Shown: positions 8,472 through 17,640 of the stretch, in pieces
Layout: the number at the start of each line of letters is the position of its first letter
Position numbering within the stretch: position 1 is the first letter of the stretch
Assembly: GCF_001457595.1 (NCBI RefSeq)
Contig: NZ_LN831039.1
Span: forward strand, 5,280,001 to 5,312,000
DNA length: 32,000 bases
From: Mycolicibacterium smegmatis
Lineage (GTDB): Bacteria; Actinomycetota; Actinomycetes; Mycobacteriales; Mycobacteriaceae
Reading direction: 5' to 3'
Program-made: the position numbers and the translations under genes
The notes under the pieces: generated by a model
Database searches by the model: none
What the model saw: the letters and a program-made list of their open reading frames with translations, nothing else
What the model was told of the DNA's origin: nothing

Positions 8472-10752
8472 TCTGCGTCACGCCGGCGGACGCCGGCTGC
8501 GGTTTAGGGTCGGGCGGCAGGCCGGACTCGCTGAACCCGATGCGCCCGTGCAGGCGCGCGAGCGGTGCGGGCGCCCACCAGTTCCACTTGCCCATGACGC
8601 GCATGAAGGCCGGGACCAGCAGCATCCGCACCAGGGTCGCGTCGACGAGCACCGCGAGGGTGAGACCCAGGCCGAACATGCGCATGAATGCGACCTGCGC
8701 GGCGATCAGCGCCGCGAACGAGATGGACATCAGCAGCGCGGCGGCCGTGATCACGCGGCCGGTGTGGGCGAGCCCGAGTGCGACGCTCTCCTCGTTGGCC
8801 GCGCGGGACTGATCCGACTGCAGCCAGAACTCCCGGATCCGCGAGACCAGGAACACCTCGTAGTCCATCGACAGGCCGAAGGCGATGCAGAACAACAACA
8901 CCGGCAGGTTGGCGACGAGCGTGCCGGTCGGCGTGGTGCCCAGCGCGCCGAGGTGGCCGTCCTGGAAGATCCACACCAGCGCGCCGAACGCGGCCGACAG
9001 CGACAACACGTTGAGCACCAACGCTTTCAGCGGCAGCACGACGCTGCCGGTCAGCAGGAACAGCAGGACGAACGTGATGCCCGCGATGATGCCCAGCACC
9101 AGCGGCAGCCGGGACGTGATCGCCTGAGAGCTGTCCCGGTTGACCTGCGCGACACCGGTGAACTGGACCTCGGCGGGCGCGGCCACGGCGTGCAGCGCGT
9201 CGAGTTGCGCCTCCGAGGCGTCGCTGAACAACGGTGCGTCGCTGCCCACGGTGAGAAACGCGCTGCCGTCGCCGATGCCGGTGGCCGCCGACGGCGGACC
9301 CACGTGGCGGCCCTGGACGTAGGTGCCGCCGGGCGCCGACACCGACGAGACGTCGGCGACCTGGGACAGCCGTGCGGCGTACCGGTCGATCTCGGCGGGG
9401 GCCACCGTGGTGGCGTCGGGGAGCACCACGGTGACGCTCGTCGCCGAGTCGACGGCGAAGTTGGTGCGCATCTCGTCGCCGATCTGGCGCGCCGATGCGC
9501 TCTGCGGCAGCACGCGGTCATCGGGGAAGCCCCACTTGATCCCGGTGAACGGCACCCCGAGAAGCACCAGCAGCGCGATGATCCCGACGCCGATCGGCAC
9601 GGCTCGGCGCATCGCGGCCTTGGCGGTGCGGTACCAGAAGCCCTGCTCGACGGGTTTGGGTTCCGGTTCGGGCCGCCCGAACACGCGCCGAAAGAACCGG
9701 CGTACGTCGTAGGCGTCGAGCCGGTCGCCGAGCAGCACGATCGCGGCCGGTGTGAGCACGATGGCGGCCGTGGCCGCGAGCGCCACCACGGCGATGCCCG
9801 CGTACGCGAACGACTTGAGGAAGTACATCGGGAACAGCACCATCGCGACCATCGACAGCGCGACCGTCATCGCCGAGAACAGCACGGTGCGCCCAGCGGT
9901 CATCATGGTGCGCACCAGTGCGTTCTCGCGGTCGGCACCCTCGGCCAGCTCGTCGCGGAACCGGCTGATGATCAACAGCGTGTAGTCGATCGCCAGCGCC
10001 AGACCCATTGCGACCGTGAGGTTGAGCGCGAAGATCGACACGTCGGTGACCATCGTGAACAGGCGCAGCACCGCGAGGGATCCGAGGATCGCGAAGCCTC
10101 CGACCGCGAGCGGCAGCGCCGCGGCCAGCAGTCCGCCGAACACCCACACCAGCACGACGAAGCTCAGCGGGATCGCGATGGATTCCATCATCAGCAGGTC
10201 TTTTTCGCTCTGCCCGTTGATCTGCACGTAGATCATGGCCTCGCCGCCTGCGCGCACCCGCACACCGTCGTGATCGCGCACGAGCTGATCGGTGAGTTCC
10301 TTGGCGTGCTGTTGTGCGCCGTTCTCCCCCCCGTTGAGGCCGGCCACGATCAAACCGGTCCGGGCGTCCTTGCTCATCAGCGCGGGCGCCGCCGAGGGCG
10401 GCGCGGTCCAGGCCGAGGTGACCTCGGTGACGTACGGCGACGCCTTGAGTTTCGAGACGATCTCGGTGCCGACCTCACGGGCCCGCTCACCGTCGGCGCG
10501 GTCTCCGGGGGCCTCAGCGGTGACGGCGATGACGAGTTGCATGTCGCCGCGGTGGAACTTGTCGGCCAGCAGTTGTGTCGCACGTGCGGATTCGGCCGTG
10601 GGGTCCTGGAATCCACCTGCCGACAGCTTGTTTGCCACCGGGATGCCGAAGATGCCCGCGGCGATCATCACGAGCGCGGCCACCACGAGGATGCGGCGCG
10701 GTGCGGCAATCGCCGTGGTTGCGATTCGTTGCAGCACGTGCGCTCCTCCCAC
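8464..10752 (-). CDS. mmpL13: MMPL family RND-type membrane transporter, short (cluster II) type; mmpL13 ortholog by synteny
   Basis: 762-aa ORF with two blocks of about 6 TM helices separated by soluble loops, and MMPL motifs (SMDYEVFLVSRIRE, AIDYTLLIISRFRDE). Its length is close to Mtb MmpL13a plus MmpL13b, and it lies between the Rv1144-like and Sir2-like neighbours. The ortholog name rests on synteny only. Confidence 0.85.
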   Translation of the reverse strand: MGGAHVLQRIATTAIAAPRRILVVAALVMIAAGIFGIPVANKLSAGGFQDPTAESARATQLLADKFHRGDMQLVIAVTAEAPGDRADGERAREVGTEIVSKLKASPYVTEVTSAWTAPPSAAPALMSKDARTGLIVAGLNGGENGAQQHAKELTDQLVRDHDGVRVRAGGEAMIYVQINGQSEKDLLMMESIAIPLSFVVLVWVFGGLLAAALPLAVGGFAILGSLAVLRLFTMVTDVSIFALNLTVAMGLALAIDYTLLIISRFRDELAEGADRENALVRTMMTAGRTVLFSAMTVALSMVAMVLFPMYFLKSFAYAGIAVVALAATAAIVLTPAAIVLLGDRLDAYDVRRFFRRVFGRPEPEPKPVEQGFWYRTAKAAMRRAVPIGVGIIALLVLLGVPFTGIKWGFPDDRVLPQSASARQIGDEMRTNFAVDSATSVTVVLPDATTVAPAEIDRYAARLSQVADVSSVSAPGGTYVQGRHVGPPSAATGIGDGSAFLTVGSDAPLFSDASEAQLDALHAVAAPAEVQFTGVAQVNRDSSQAITSRLPLVLGIIAGITFVLLFLLTGSVVLPLKALVLNVLSLSAAFGALVWIFQDGHLGALGTTPTGTLVANLPVLLFCIAFGLSMDYEVFLVSRIREFWLQSDQSRAANEESVALGLAHTGRVITAAALLMSISFAALIAAQVAFMRMFGLGLTLAVLVDATLVRMLLVPAFMRVMGKWNWWAPAPLARLHGRIGFSESGLPPDPKPQPASAGVTQSG

Positions 10753-10764
10753 AACGTAGATTAC

Positions 10765-10801
10765 CGTCGTTAAGTTAACAACGATAAGTTGAGGTCGTCA
10801 A
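10765..10801 (-). promoter_or_regulatory. Putative promoter of the mmpL-tetR-methyltransferase operon with an overlapping palindromic (TetR-type) operator
   Basis: The minus strand reads TTGACG (10801-10796), an 18-nt spacer, then TAACTT (10777-10772), about 20 nt before the GTG start. The 19-bp palindrome CGTCGTTAA-G-TTAACAACG (10765-10783, 8 of 9 arm positions complementary) covers the -10. The region is locally AT-rich. Confidence 0.35.
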
Positions 10802-10954
10802 CGCCGACTTCGCAGATAGACACGATCGAAATCCCTTGCCGGTTCACCCCTGGCGGGTTCACAGTGTTCTTCTGGGACTCTCCCGGGAATCTCTCGGGCT
10901 GCTCACAGGTTGTCCCCCGCGATTAGTTCTCGACGTGCGAAGGGTCCAGTAGTC

Positions 10955-11515
10955 ATGACCGCGAATTCCCTGGAGAAAACAAGCCTGTCGTCGGGCGCCA
11001 CGCCGTCCGCCCGGTCGATGGCCGACACGGGCCTGTTCATCCTGCGCCTGGCACTGGGCGCGACGATGCTGCAGGCCGGCCTGATCAAGGCCGCCGACTT
11101 CGGCACCACCGTGGGGTTCATGGAAAGCGGCGGCTGGAGCCTGCCGACGTTCGCCGCCCTCATGGTCACCACCGCCGAGACCCTCGGCGGACTCGGCCTG
11201 CTACTCGGAGTCCTGACCCCGCTGGCGGCGTGCGCCGTGATCGGGGCGATGGTCGACGCGTGGGCCGTGAACGTCTCGACCGACGTGGTCTGGGCGATGC
11301 CGTTCAACGTCCCGTTCCTCGTGGCGTTCGGCGCGGCAACCCTGCTGTTCACCGGCTCCGGACGTTGGTCGGTGGATCACCGGGTGTTCGGCCGCAGCAC
11401 GGTGCCCAGGCCCATCGCGGTCGGACTGCTGGTCGCGGGCGTCGCGGTGGCGATCCTGACCTGGATGGCGCTCAACGGCGTCAACCCGATCCACTTCAGC
11501 GCTCCTCAGGGCTGA
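10955..11515 (+). CDS. DoxX family membrane protein
   Basis: ORF 10910..11515. GLFILRLALGATMLQAGLIKAADF plus four hydrophobic segments are typical of DoxX. ATG 10955 (MTANSLEK...) is preferred over track start 10910. Confidence 0.8.
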   Translation: MTANSLEKTSLSSGATPSARSMADTGLFILRLALGATMLQAGLIKAADFGTTVGFMESGGWSLPTFAALMVTTAETLGGLGLLLGVLTPLAACAVIGAMVDAWAVNVSTDVVWAMPFNVPFLVAFGAATLLFTGSGRWSVDHRVFGRSTVPRPIAVGLLVAGVAVAILTWMALNGVNPIHFSAPQG

Positions 11516-11619
11516 CGACGGTTAGCTACCTGCCGGAAACCTACCCAAAAGTAGGATTGCCACCATATTCCGAATCGTGACTCAAAGATTCCTTAATAGT
11601 GACCCATACGCTCAGAGTC

Positions 11620-11751
11620 ATGTGGATCGACGACACCAGTGCCGATGTCATCAAGGTCGACTTCGAGGCTCTTTACCACGGCGATGTTCTCGTCGAGGGT
11701 GACACCTCGGAGCAGTTTGACGACTTCCAGCAACTGCCTACCGCGGTATGA
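11620..11751 (+). CDS. Hypothetical acidic 43-aa ORF (speculative)
   Basis: Hand translation gives MWIDDTSADVIKVDFEALYHGDVLVEGDTSEQFDDFQQLPTAV, with TGA 3 nt before a strong hairpin. About 70 percent G/C at third positions. There is no clear SD and no family I recognise. It is exactly antisense, in the same codon register, to track ORF 11593..11811. Confidence 0.2.
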   Translation: MWIDDTSADVIKVDFEALYHGDVLVEGDTSEQFDDFQQLPTAV

Positions 11752-11753
11752 GA

Positions 11754-11779
11754 AAACGCGCGCCTCGCGGCGCGCGTTT
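11754..11779 (-). terminator. Intrinsic terminator downstream of the mcr-SDR-NMO operon; the hairpin can also act for the plus strand
   Basis: Perfect 11-bp stem AAACGCGCGCC / GGCGCGCGTTT with loop TCGC. On the minus strand the stem is followed by TTTTCTCAT. It lies 64 nt past the stop at 11843. Confidence 0.6.
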
Positions 11780-11842
11780 CCCGGTTTGAGTTTGCCCGCA
11801 CGCGGGCACACTCCCTGACCTGCTTTCGAATCAGTCCCTGCG

Positions 11843-13634
<1,792 letters not shown>

Positions 13635-13685
13635 TTACCGCATTCCTTTCCGGCCGGCCCTGTGCCGACCAATGGGTGGTTGGGA

Positions 13686-14777
13686 CTAACTCCAGTCGCG
13701 CAGCACGGCCTCAGTGTCGGCGCCACGCTGCGGCGGCGGCGTCGGCCGACCCGGCTGCGTGCGCGAGAACCGCGGTGCGGGCATGGGCTGCAGGTTGCCT
13801 TCGTCGTCGTAGAAGGTGTTGCGCTCGGCCACATGCGGCTCGTCGAGCACCTCGGCGAACGACAGCACCGGCGTCGTACATGCGTCGGTGCCCTCGAAGA
13901 CCTTGGTCCAGTGCGCCCGGTCGTGCGCCGCGAACGCCTTGGCGAACGCCTCGCGCAGTTCGGGCCAGCGGGAGATGTCGTTCTGCGCAGGCAGATCGGC
14001 CCCGTCGAGGCCCAGACCCTTGAGCAGTTCGGCGTAGAACTGCGGTTCGATCGCGCCGACCGCAATGTACTTGCCGTCGGCGGTCTCGTAGGTGTCGTAG
14101 TACGGCGCACCCGTGTCGAGCATGTTGGTGCCGCGCTCGTCCGACCACATGCCGTTGGCGCGGAAGCTCCACATCATCTCCATGAGCACGGCCGAGCCGT
14201 CGACCATCGCGGCGTCGATGACCTGGCCCTTGCCCGAGGCCTGCCGTTCGTACAGCGCCGAGAGGATGCCGACCAGCAGGAACATCGACCCGCCACCGAA
14301 GTCGCCTGCGAGGTTCAGCGGCGGCACCGGGCGCCCGCCTTTGCGCCCGACCGCGTGCAGCGTGCCGTTGAGCGAGATGTAGTTGATGTCGTGGCCGGCC
14401 TGCAGAGCGCGCGGGCCGTCCTGGCCCCAGCCGGTCATGCGCGCGTAGATCAGCCGTTCGTTGACCTTGGCGCAGTCCTCGGGTCCCAGGCCCAGGCGTT
14501 CGGTGACCCCGGGCCGGTAGCCCTCGATCAGCACGTCGGCCTTGGCGACCAGCTGCAGCACCAGGTCACGACCTTCGGGCGCCTTCAGGTCGGCCACCAC
14601 CGAACGGCGGTTGCGCAGCATCGCGTCACGGTCACCCGCGGGGACCCCACCGCCCTTGCCCGGGCGCTCGATGCGCACGACGTCAGCGCCCAGATCGCCC
14701 AGAATCATCGCCGCGTGCGGGCCGGGGCCGATACCGGCCAACTCGACAACCCGCAAACCTTGCAGTGGTCCTGCCAT
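13686..14777 (-). CDS. mcr: Family III CoA-transferase / alpha-methylacyl-CoA racemase (Rv1143-like)
   Basis: Only the C-terminal 363 aa of the 695-aa track ORF are genuine. ATG 14777 ([39 protein letters not shown]) is preceded by GAAGGGG. The upstream extension runs antisense through the echA gene. The CaiB/BaiF fold signature is present. Confidence 0.85.
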   Translation of the reverse strand: MAGPLQGLRVVELAGIGPGPHAAMILGDLGADVVRIERPGKGGGVPAGDRDAMLRNRRSVVADLKAPEGRDLVLQLVAKADVLIEGYRPGVTERLGLGPEDCAKVNERLIYARMTGWGQDGPRALQAGHDINYISLNGTLHAVGRKGGRPVPPLNLAGDFGGGSMFLLVGILSALYERQASGKGQVIDAAMVDGSAVLMEMMWSFRANGMWSDERGTNMLDTGAPYYDTYETADGKYIAVGAIEPQFYAELLKGLGLDGADLPAQNDISRWPELREAFAKAFAAHDRAHWTKVFEGTDACTTPVLSFAEVLDEPHVAERNTFYDDEGNLQPMPAPRFSRTQPGRPTPPPQRGADTEAVLRDWS

Positions 14778-14806
14778 GCTCAAACGCCCCTTCGCGTGTA
14801 GATCAG

Positions 14807-14836
14807 TTGACCGCCGACATAGCTTACTTGTATAAC
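14807..14836 (+). promoter_or_regulatory. Putative sigma-A type promoter for the enoyl-CoA hydratase gene
   Basis: TTGACC (14807-14812), an 18-nt spacer, then TATAAC (14831-14836), about 70 nt upstream of ATG 14910 in the mcr/echA divergent region. Pattern match only. Confidence 0.3.
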
Positions 14837-14909
14837 CTTCTCGGTCGGCCATGGCCATAGCCGGCCCCGCCGGAGCAGGTGGATCGCCTGCCGGACCTAA
14901 GGTGCACAG

Positions 14910-15737
14910 ATGACTTCCACCGATGCCAGTGCCGAGACCGTGACCCGCGATTACCCCAGCATCGACGACGTTTCGGTATCCCTCACCGACGGTGTTCTGG
15001 CGGTGACGCTCAACCGCCCCGACAGCCTCAACTCGCTCAACCGGGACATGCTCAACGCGGTCGCCGACGCCATGGAGGTCGCCGCGACCGATCCGGCTGT
15101 GCGCGTCGTGCGCCTCGGTGGCGCCGGCCGCGGGTTCAGCTCGGGTGCCGGCATCAGCGAGGAAGACCAGAACGCCAAGGGTCACGACGCCGCGGCCGTG
15201 CTCGATGCCGCCAACCGCGCCGTCGCTGCGATCGTGGCGCTGCCGAAACCCGTTGTCGCCGTGGTGCACGGGCCGGCCGCAGGCGTCGGCGTGTCGCTCG
15301 CGTTGGCGTGCGACATCGTGCTCGCGTCGGATCAGGCGTTCTTCCTGCTGGCGTTCACCAAGATCGGCCTGATGCCCGACGGCGGCGCGTCGGCGCTGGT
15401 CGCGGCGGCCATCGGCCGCATCCGCGCGATGCGGCTGGCGCTGCTGGCCGACCGGCTGACCGCCACCGACGCCTACGACTGGGGCCTGATCAGCGCCGTG
15501 TACCCGGCCGACGAGTTCGACGCGGCCGTCGACAAGGTGCTGGCGAAGCTGCGCAACGGGCCCGCTGTCGCGCTGCGCAAGACCAAGCAGGCGATCAACG
15601 AAGCGACGCTCACCGAGCTGGACGACGCGATCGCGCGTGAGCGCGAGGGACAGCTGGAGTTGTTGGTGGCCAACGACTTCCGTGAAGGCGCGCAGGCGTT
15701 CCAGCAGAACCGGCGCCCGGAGTTCACGGACCAGTAG
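14910..15737 (+). CDS. Enoyl-CoA hydratase/isomerase (crotonase family; echA10/11-like)
   Basis: 275-aa ORF with the crotonase fold: [54 protein letters not shown]. Confidence 0.9.
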   Translation: MTSTDASAETVTRDYPSIDDVSVSLTDGVLAVTLNRPDSLNSLNRDMLNAVADAMEVAATDPAVRVVRLGGAGRGFSSGAGISEEDQNAKGHDAAAVLDAANRAVAAIVALPKPVVAVVHGPAAGVGVSLALACDIVLASDQAFFLLAFTKIGLMPDGGASALVAAAIGRIRAMRLALLADRLTATDAYDWGLISAVYPADEFDAAVDKVLAKLRNGPAVALRKTKQAINEATLTELDDAIAREREGQLELLVANDFREGAQAFQQNRRPEFTDQ

Positions 15738-15756
15738 GGCGTACCCGGTCGCTCTC

Positions 15757-15788
15757 GAACCCTGATATCGCATGCGATATCAGGGTTC
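15757..15788. repeat. Perfect 32-bp palindrome, copy A of a repeated element
   Basis: GAACCCTGATATCGCATGCGATATCAGGGTTC equals its own reverse complement (checked base by base). It starts 19 nt after the echA stop. Confidence 0.85.
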
Positions 15789-15856
15789 GTGCATGAGTGG
15801 GGACCGACCGGAGGTCGGGTCGGGGCGGCCCCTCCCCCCATCCACACTCACTTCCC

Positions 15857-15887
15857 AAACCCGATATCACCCGCGATATCAGGGTTC
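15857..15887. repeat. Degenerate copy B of the same palindrome
   Basis: AAACCCGATATCACCCGCGATATCAGGGTTC. The right arm GCGATATCAGGGTTC is identical to copy A. The left arm has two substitutions and one missing T. It ends 18 nt before the hicB stop on the opposite strand. Confidence 0.75.
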
Positions 15888-15905
15888 ACAAGCAACACCC
15901 GACAC

Positions 15906-16262
15906 CTAGTAGTCGTCAAACGACACCATCGGACGCGCTGCCAATTTCTGCACCACCCACTGGTTCAGCGACACCCGCTGTTCGGCGGCTTCGACCATGA
16001 GCTTGGCGTGCAGAATGGGTGAGGTGCGCACCATGAAGCTGCCGCTGTAGCGCCGGTCGGTCAGTGGCTGCGGTAGATCCATGTCAGCCGCGAGCCTGTC
16101 GGCGACCTTCTGCTCGACGAGGCGCTGCGCACGTTCGACGGCCTCGTGCGCGGTGAACGCCCGCGCGCACAGCGTCGGGAACTCCAGGCACAGGCCGAAG
16201 TATTCGCGGTATTCCGGGGACCACTGCGCGCGGTACGTCCACTGCGGTTCGGTGTCTGTCAT
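15906..16262 (-). CDS. hicB: HicB-family antitoxin-like protein with C-terminal ribbon-helix-helix domain (118 aa)
   Basis: This is the C-terminal part of the 280-aa track ORF. ATG 16262 gives MTDTEPQWTYRAQWSPEYREYFGLCLEFPTLCARAFTAHEAVERAQRLV (HicB N-domain pattern) followed by YSGSFMVRTSPILHAKLMVEAAEQRVSLNQWVVQKLA (HicB_lk/RHH pattern). An alternative ATG lies at 16310. The rest of the 280-aa ORF is antisense to the MFS gene. Confidence 0.75.
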   Translation of the reverse strand: MTDTEPQWTYRAQWSPEYREYFGLCLEFPTLCARAFTAHEAVERAQRLVEQKVADRLAADMDLPQPLTDRRYSGSFMVRTSPILHAKLMVEAAEQRVSLNQWVVQKLAARPMVSFDDY

Positions 16263-16329
16263 GGCCCGATGATCGGCCAGGGCACCGACAACCACCCGGG
16301 CGTAATTCATTGGACTCGGCCGCCGCAGG

Positions 16330-17637
16330 TTGGGACCATCAAATGTTGTGAGTACGCAACATGACATCGAAGAACCGGTGCGCTCCCCGCGTCCGGTCGC
16401 AGGCTGGCGCGTACTCGCACCGTTCCGGATCCGCGAGTACCGCCTGCTGATCGCCGCGGTCACGCTGTCGATCTTCGCCGAGGGCATGTGGTCGGTGGTC
16501 ATGGCGCTGCAGGTGATCGCGATCGACAACGATCCGGCGTCACTGTCGCTGGTCGCGACGTGCCTCGGTGTCGGCCTGGTCGCGTTCGTCCTCGTCGGCG
16601 GCATCACCGCGGACCGGATCAACCAGCGCACCATCATCATTGCCGTCGAGGTGGTCAACTTCGTCACGGTCGCGGTGATCTCCGCGCTGGCCCTGCTGGG
16701 CGTGCTGAAGATCTGGCACATGGCCGTTGCCGCAGGCATTCTCGGCATCGCGGCGGCGTTCTTCTTCCCGGCCTACAGCGCGATCCTGCCGCGCATCCTG
16801 CCGCCCGAACAGCTGCTGGCCGCCAACGGTGTCGAGGGCGTGGTACGCCCGGTGTTCCAGCGTTCGGTGGGCCCCGCGGTGGCCGGCATGGTCATCGGTG
16901 CAACGATGCCGTCGATCGGCGCGGTCGTGGTGGCGGTGCTGTTCGCGCTCGGCCTGGCGCTGCTGGTCGCGACCCGTCCGCCCGCCCAGCCCGCCTCCGA
17001 GCACCATGAGCGCCCGCACGTATTGCGGGACCTGCGTGAAGGTTTCGCCTTCGTCCTGAAGACACCGTGGCTGCTGTGGACCGTGCTGTTCGCGAGCATG
17101 TTCGTGCTCGTCGTGCTGGGACCCATCGAGGTGCTGCTGCCGTTCATCGCACAGGACCGCTTCGCCGACGGCGCCCGCGCCTACGGTTTCATCCTGGCGT
17201 TCTTCGGTATCGGCAGTGCGATGGGCGCGCTGACGGTGTCGTCGCGGCGCATGCCGCGCCGCTATCTCACGACCATGATGCTGATGTGGGGTCTCGGCTC
17301 GATTCCCCTTGTGATCGTGGGATATACATCGTCGTTCCCGCTGATGGCCGCTGCGACGTTCGTCATCGGCGTCACCGACGGCGCTGGCATGGTGATCTGG
17401 GGAACGCTGCTGCAACGGCGTGTGCCCACCGAGATGCTGGGCCGCGTGTCGAGCCTGGACTTCTTCGTATCGCTGGCGTTCATGCCGTTGTCATTCGCGA
17501 TCGTGGGTCCGCTGTCGAAGGTGGTCTCGATGGAGGTGATCTTCGCGACGGCGGGTCTGGTGCCCGTGGCGATCGCGGCCGTGGCGTTCACCGCGGCGCG
17601 CATGCACCGTGACGAGGTGGCGAACCCACTGCTGTGA
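16330..17637 (+). CDS. MFS transporter (MFS_3 / EntS-like)
   Basis: 435-aa ORF with LAPFRIREYRLLIAAVTLSIFAEGMW and GGITADRINQR, and about 12 TM segments. The track start is TTG 16330; in-frame GTGs at 16348 and 16378 are alternatives. Confidence 0.85.
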   Translation: MGPSNVVSTQHDIEEPVRSPRPVAGWRVLAPFRIREYRLLIAAVTLSIFAEGMWSVVMALQVIAIDNDPASLSLVATCLGVGLVAFVLVGGITADRINQRTIIIAVEVVNFVTVAVISALALLGVLKIWHMAVAAGILGIAAAFFFPAYSAILPRILPPEQLLAANGVEGVVRPVFQRSVGPAVAGMVIGATMPSIGAVVVAVLFALGLALLVATRPPAQPASEHHERPHVLRDLREGFAFVLKTPWLLWTVLFASMFVLVVLGPIEVLLPFIAQDRFADGARAYGFILAFFGIGSAMGALTVSSRRMPRRYLTTMMLMWGLGSIPLVIVGYTSSFPLMAAATFVIGVTDGAGMVIWGTLLQRRVPTEMLGRVSSLDFFVSLAFMPLSFAIVGPLSKVVSMEVIFATAGLVPVAIAAVAFTAARMHRDEVANPLL

Positions 17638-17640
17638 CGT

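Noticed and set aside
8293-10773. 826-aa plus-strand ORF, the longest in the track, rich in R/H/D/G/Q/E
   Set aside because: It lies exactly antisense to the MMPL gene. It has no hydrophobic segments or recognisable domain, and its composition is what the reverse complement of a GC3-rich gene produces. The minus-strand frame carries clear MMPL motifs. It is a shadow ORF.
10841-10862. Direct repeat GGTTCAC x2 (15 nt apart) and TCTC(C)CGGG x2 upstream of the first DoxX gene
   Set aside because: A 7-mer recurring once within a 200-bp region is about what chance predicts, and there is no symmetry or known motif.
10788-10946. Roughly 52-codon TTG-initiated plus-strand ORF upstream of DoxX
   Set aside because: It has a non-canonical start without an SD, would overlap the predicted mmpL promoter and operator, and gives no recognisable sequence.
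11593-11811. 72-aa minus-strand ORF in the low-GC gap
   Set aside because: Its first 20 codons or so are read through two stem-loops, one of which is the probable operon terminator. It has no SD and no family resemblance I trust (a DUF2283-like impression was too weak). I kept it only as part of the finding on this gap.
14847-14856. GGCCATGGCC palindrome in the mcr/echA intergenic region
   Set aside because: This is a 10-bp GC-rich palindrome in GC-rich DNA, with no partner repeat and no known operator resemblance.
14778-15773. N-terminal 332-aa extension of the mcr ORF (track 13686..15773)
   Set aside because: The extension runs antisense through the enoyl-CoA hydratase gene and is Arg/Gly/Asp-rich. 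The canonical family III CoA-transferase N-terminus begins at ATG 14777, which has a GAAGGGG SD.
15738-15905. Search for a HicA toxin ORF downstream or upstream of hicB
   Set aside because: All frames on both strands are closed within about 16 codons after any start or are palindrome sequence. Track ORFs 15789..16022 and 15797..16000 are out-of-frame overlaps with hicB, have Pro/Arg-rich junk composition, and are not HicA-like.
16263-16748. N-terminal extension of the hicB ORF to 280 aa
   Set aside because: The extension is antisense to the MFS_3 gene. The HicB domain pattern starts at ATG 16262 (or at most 16310).
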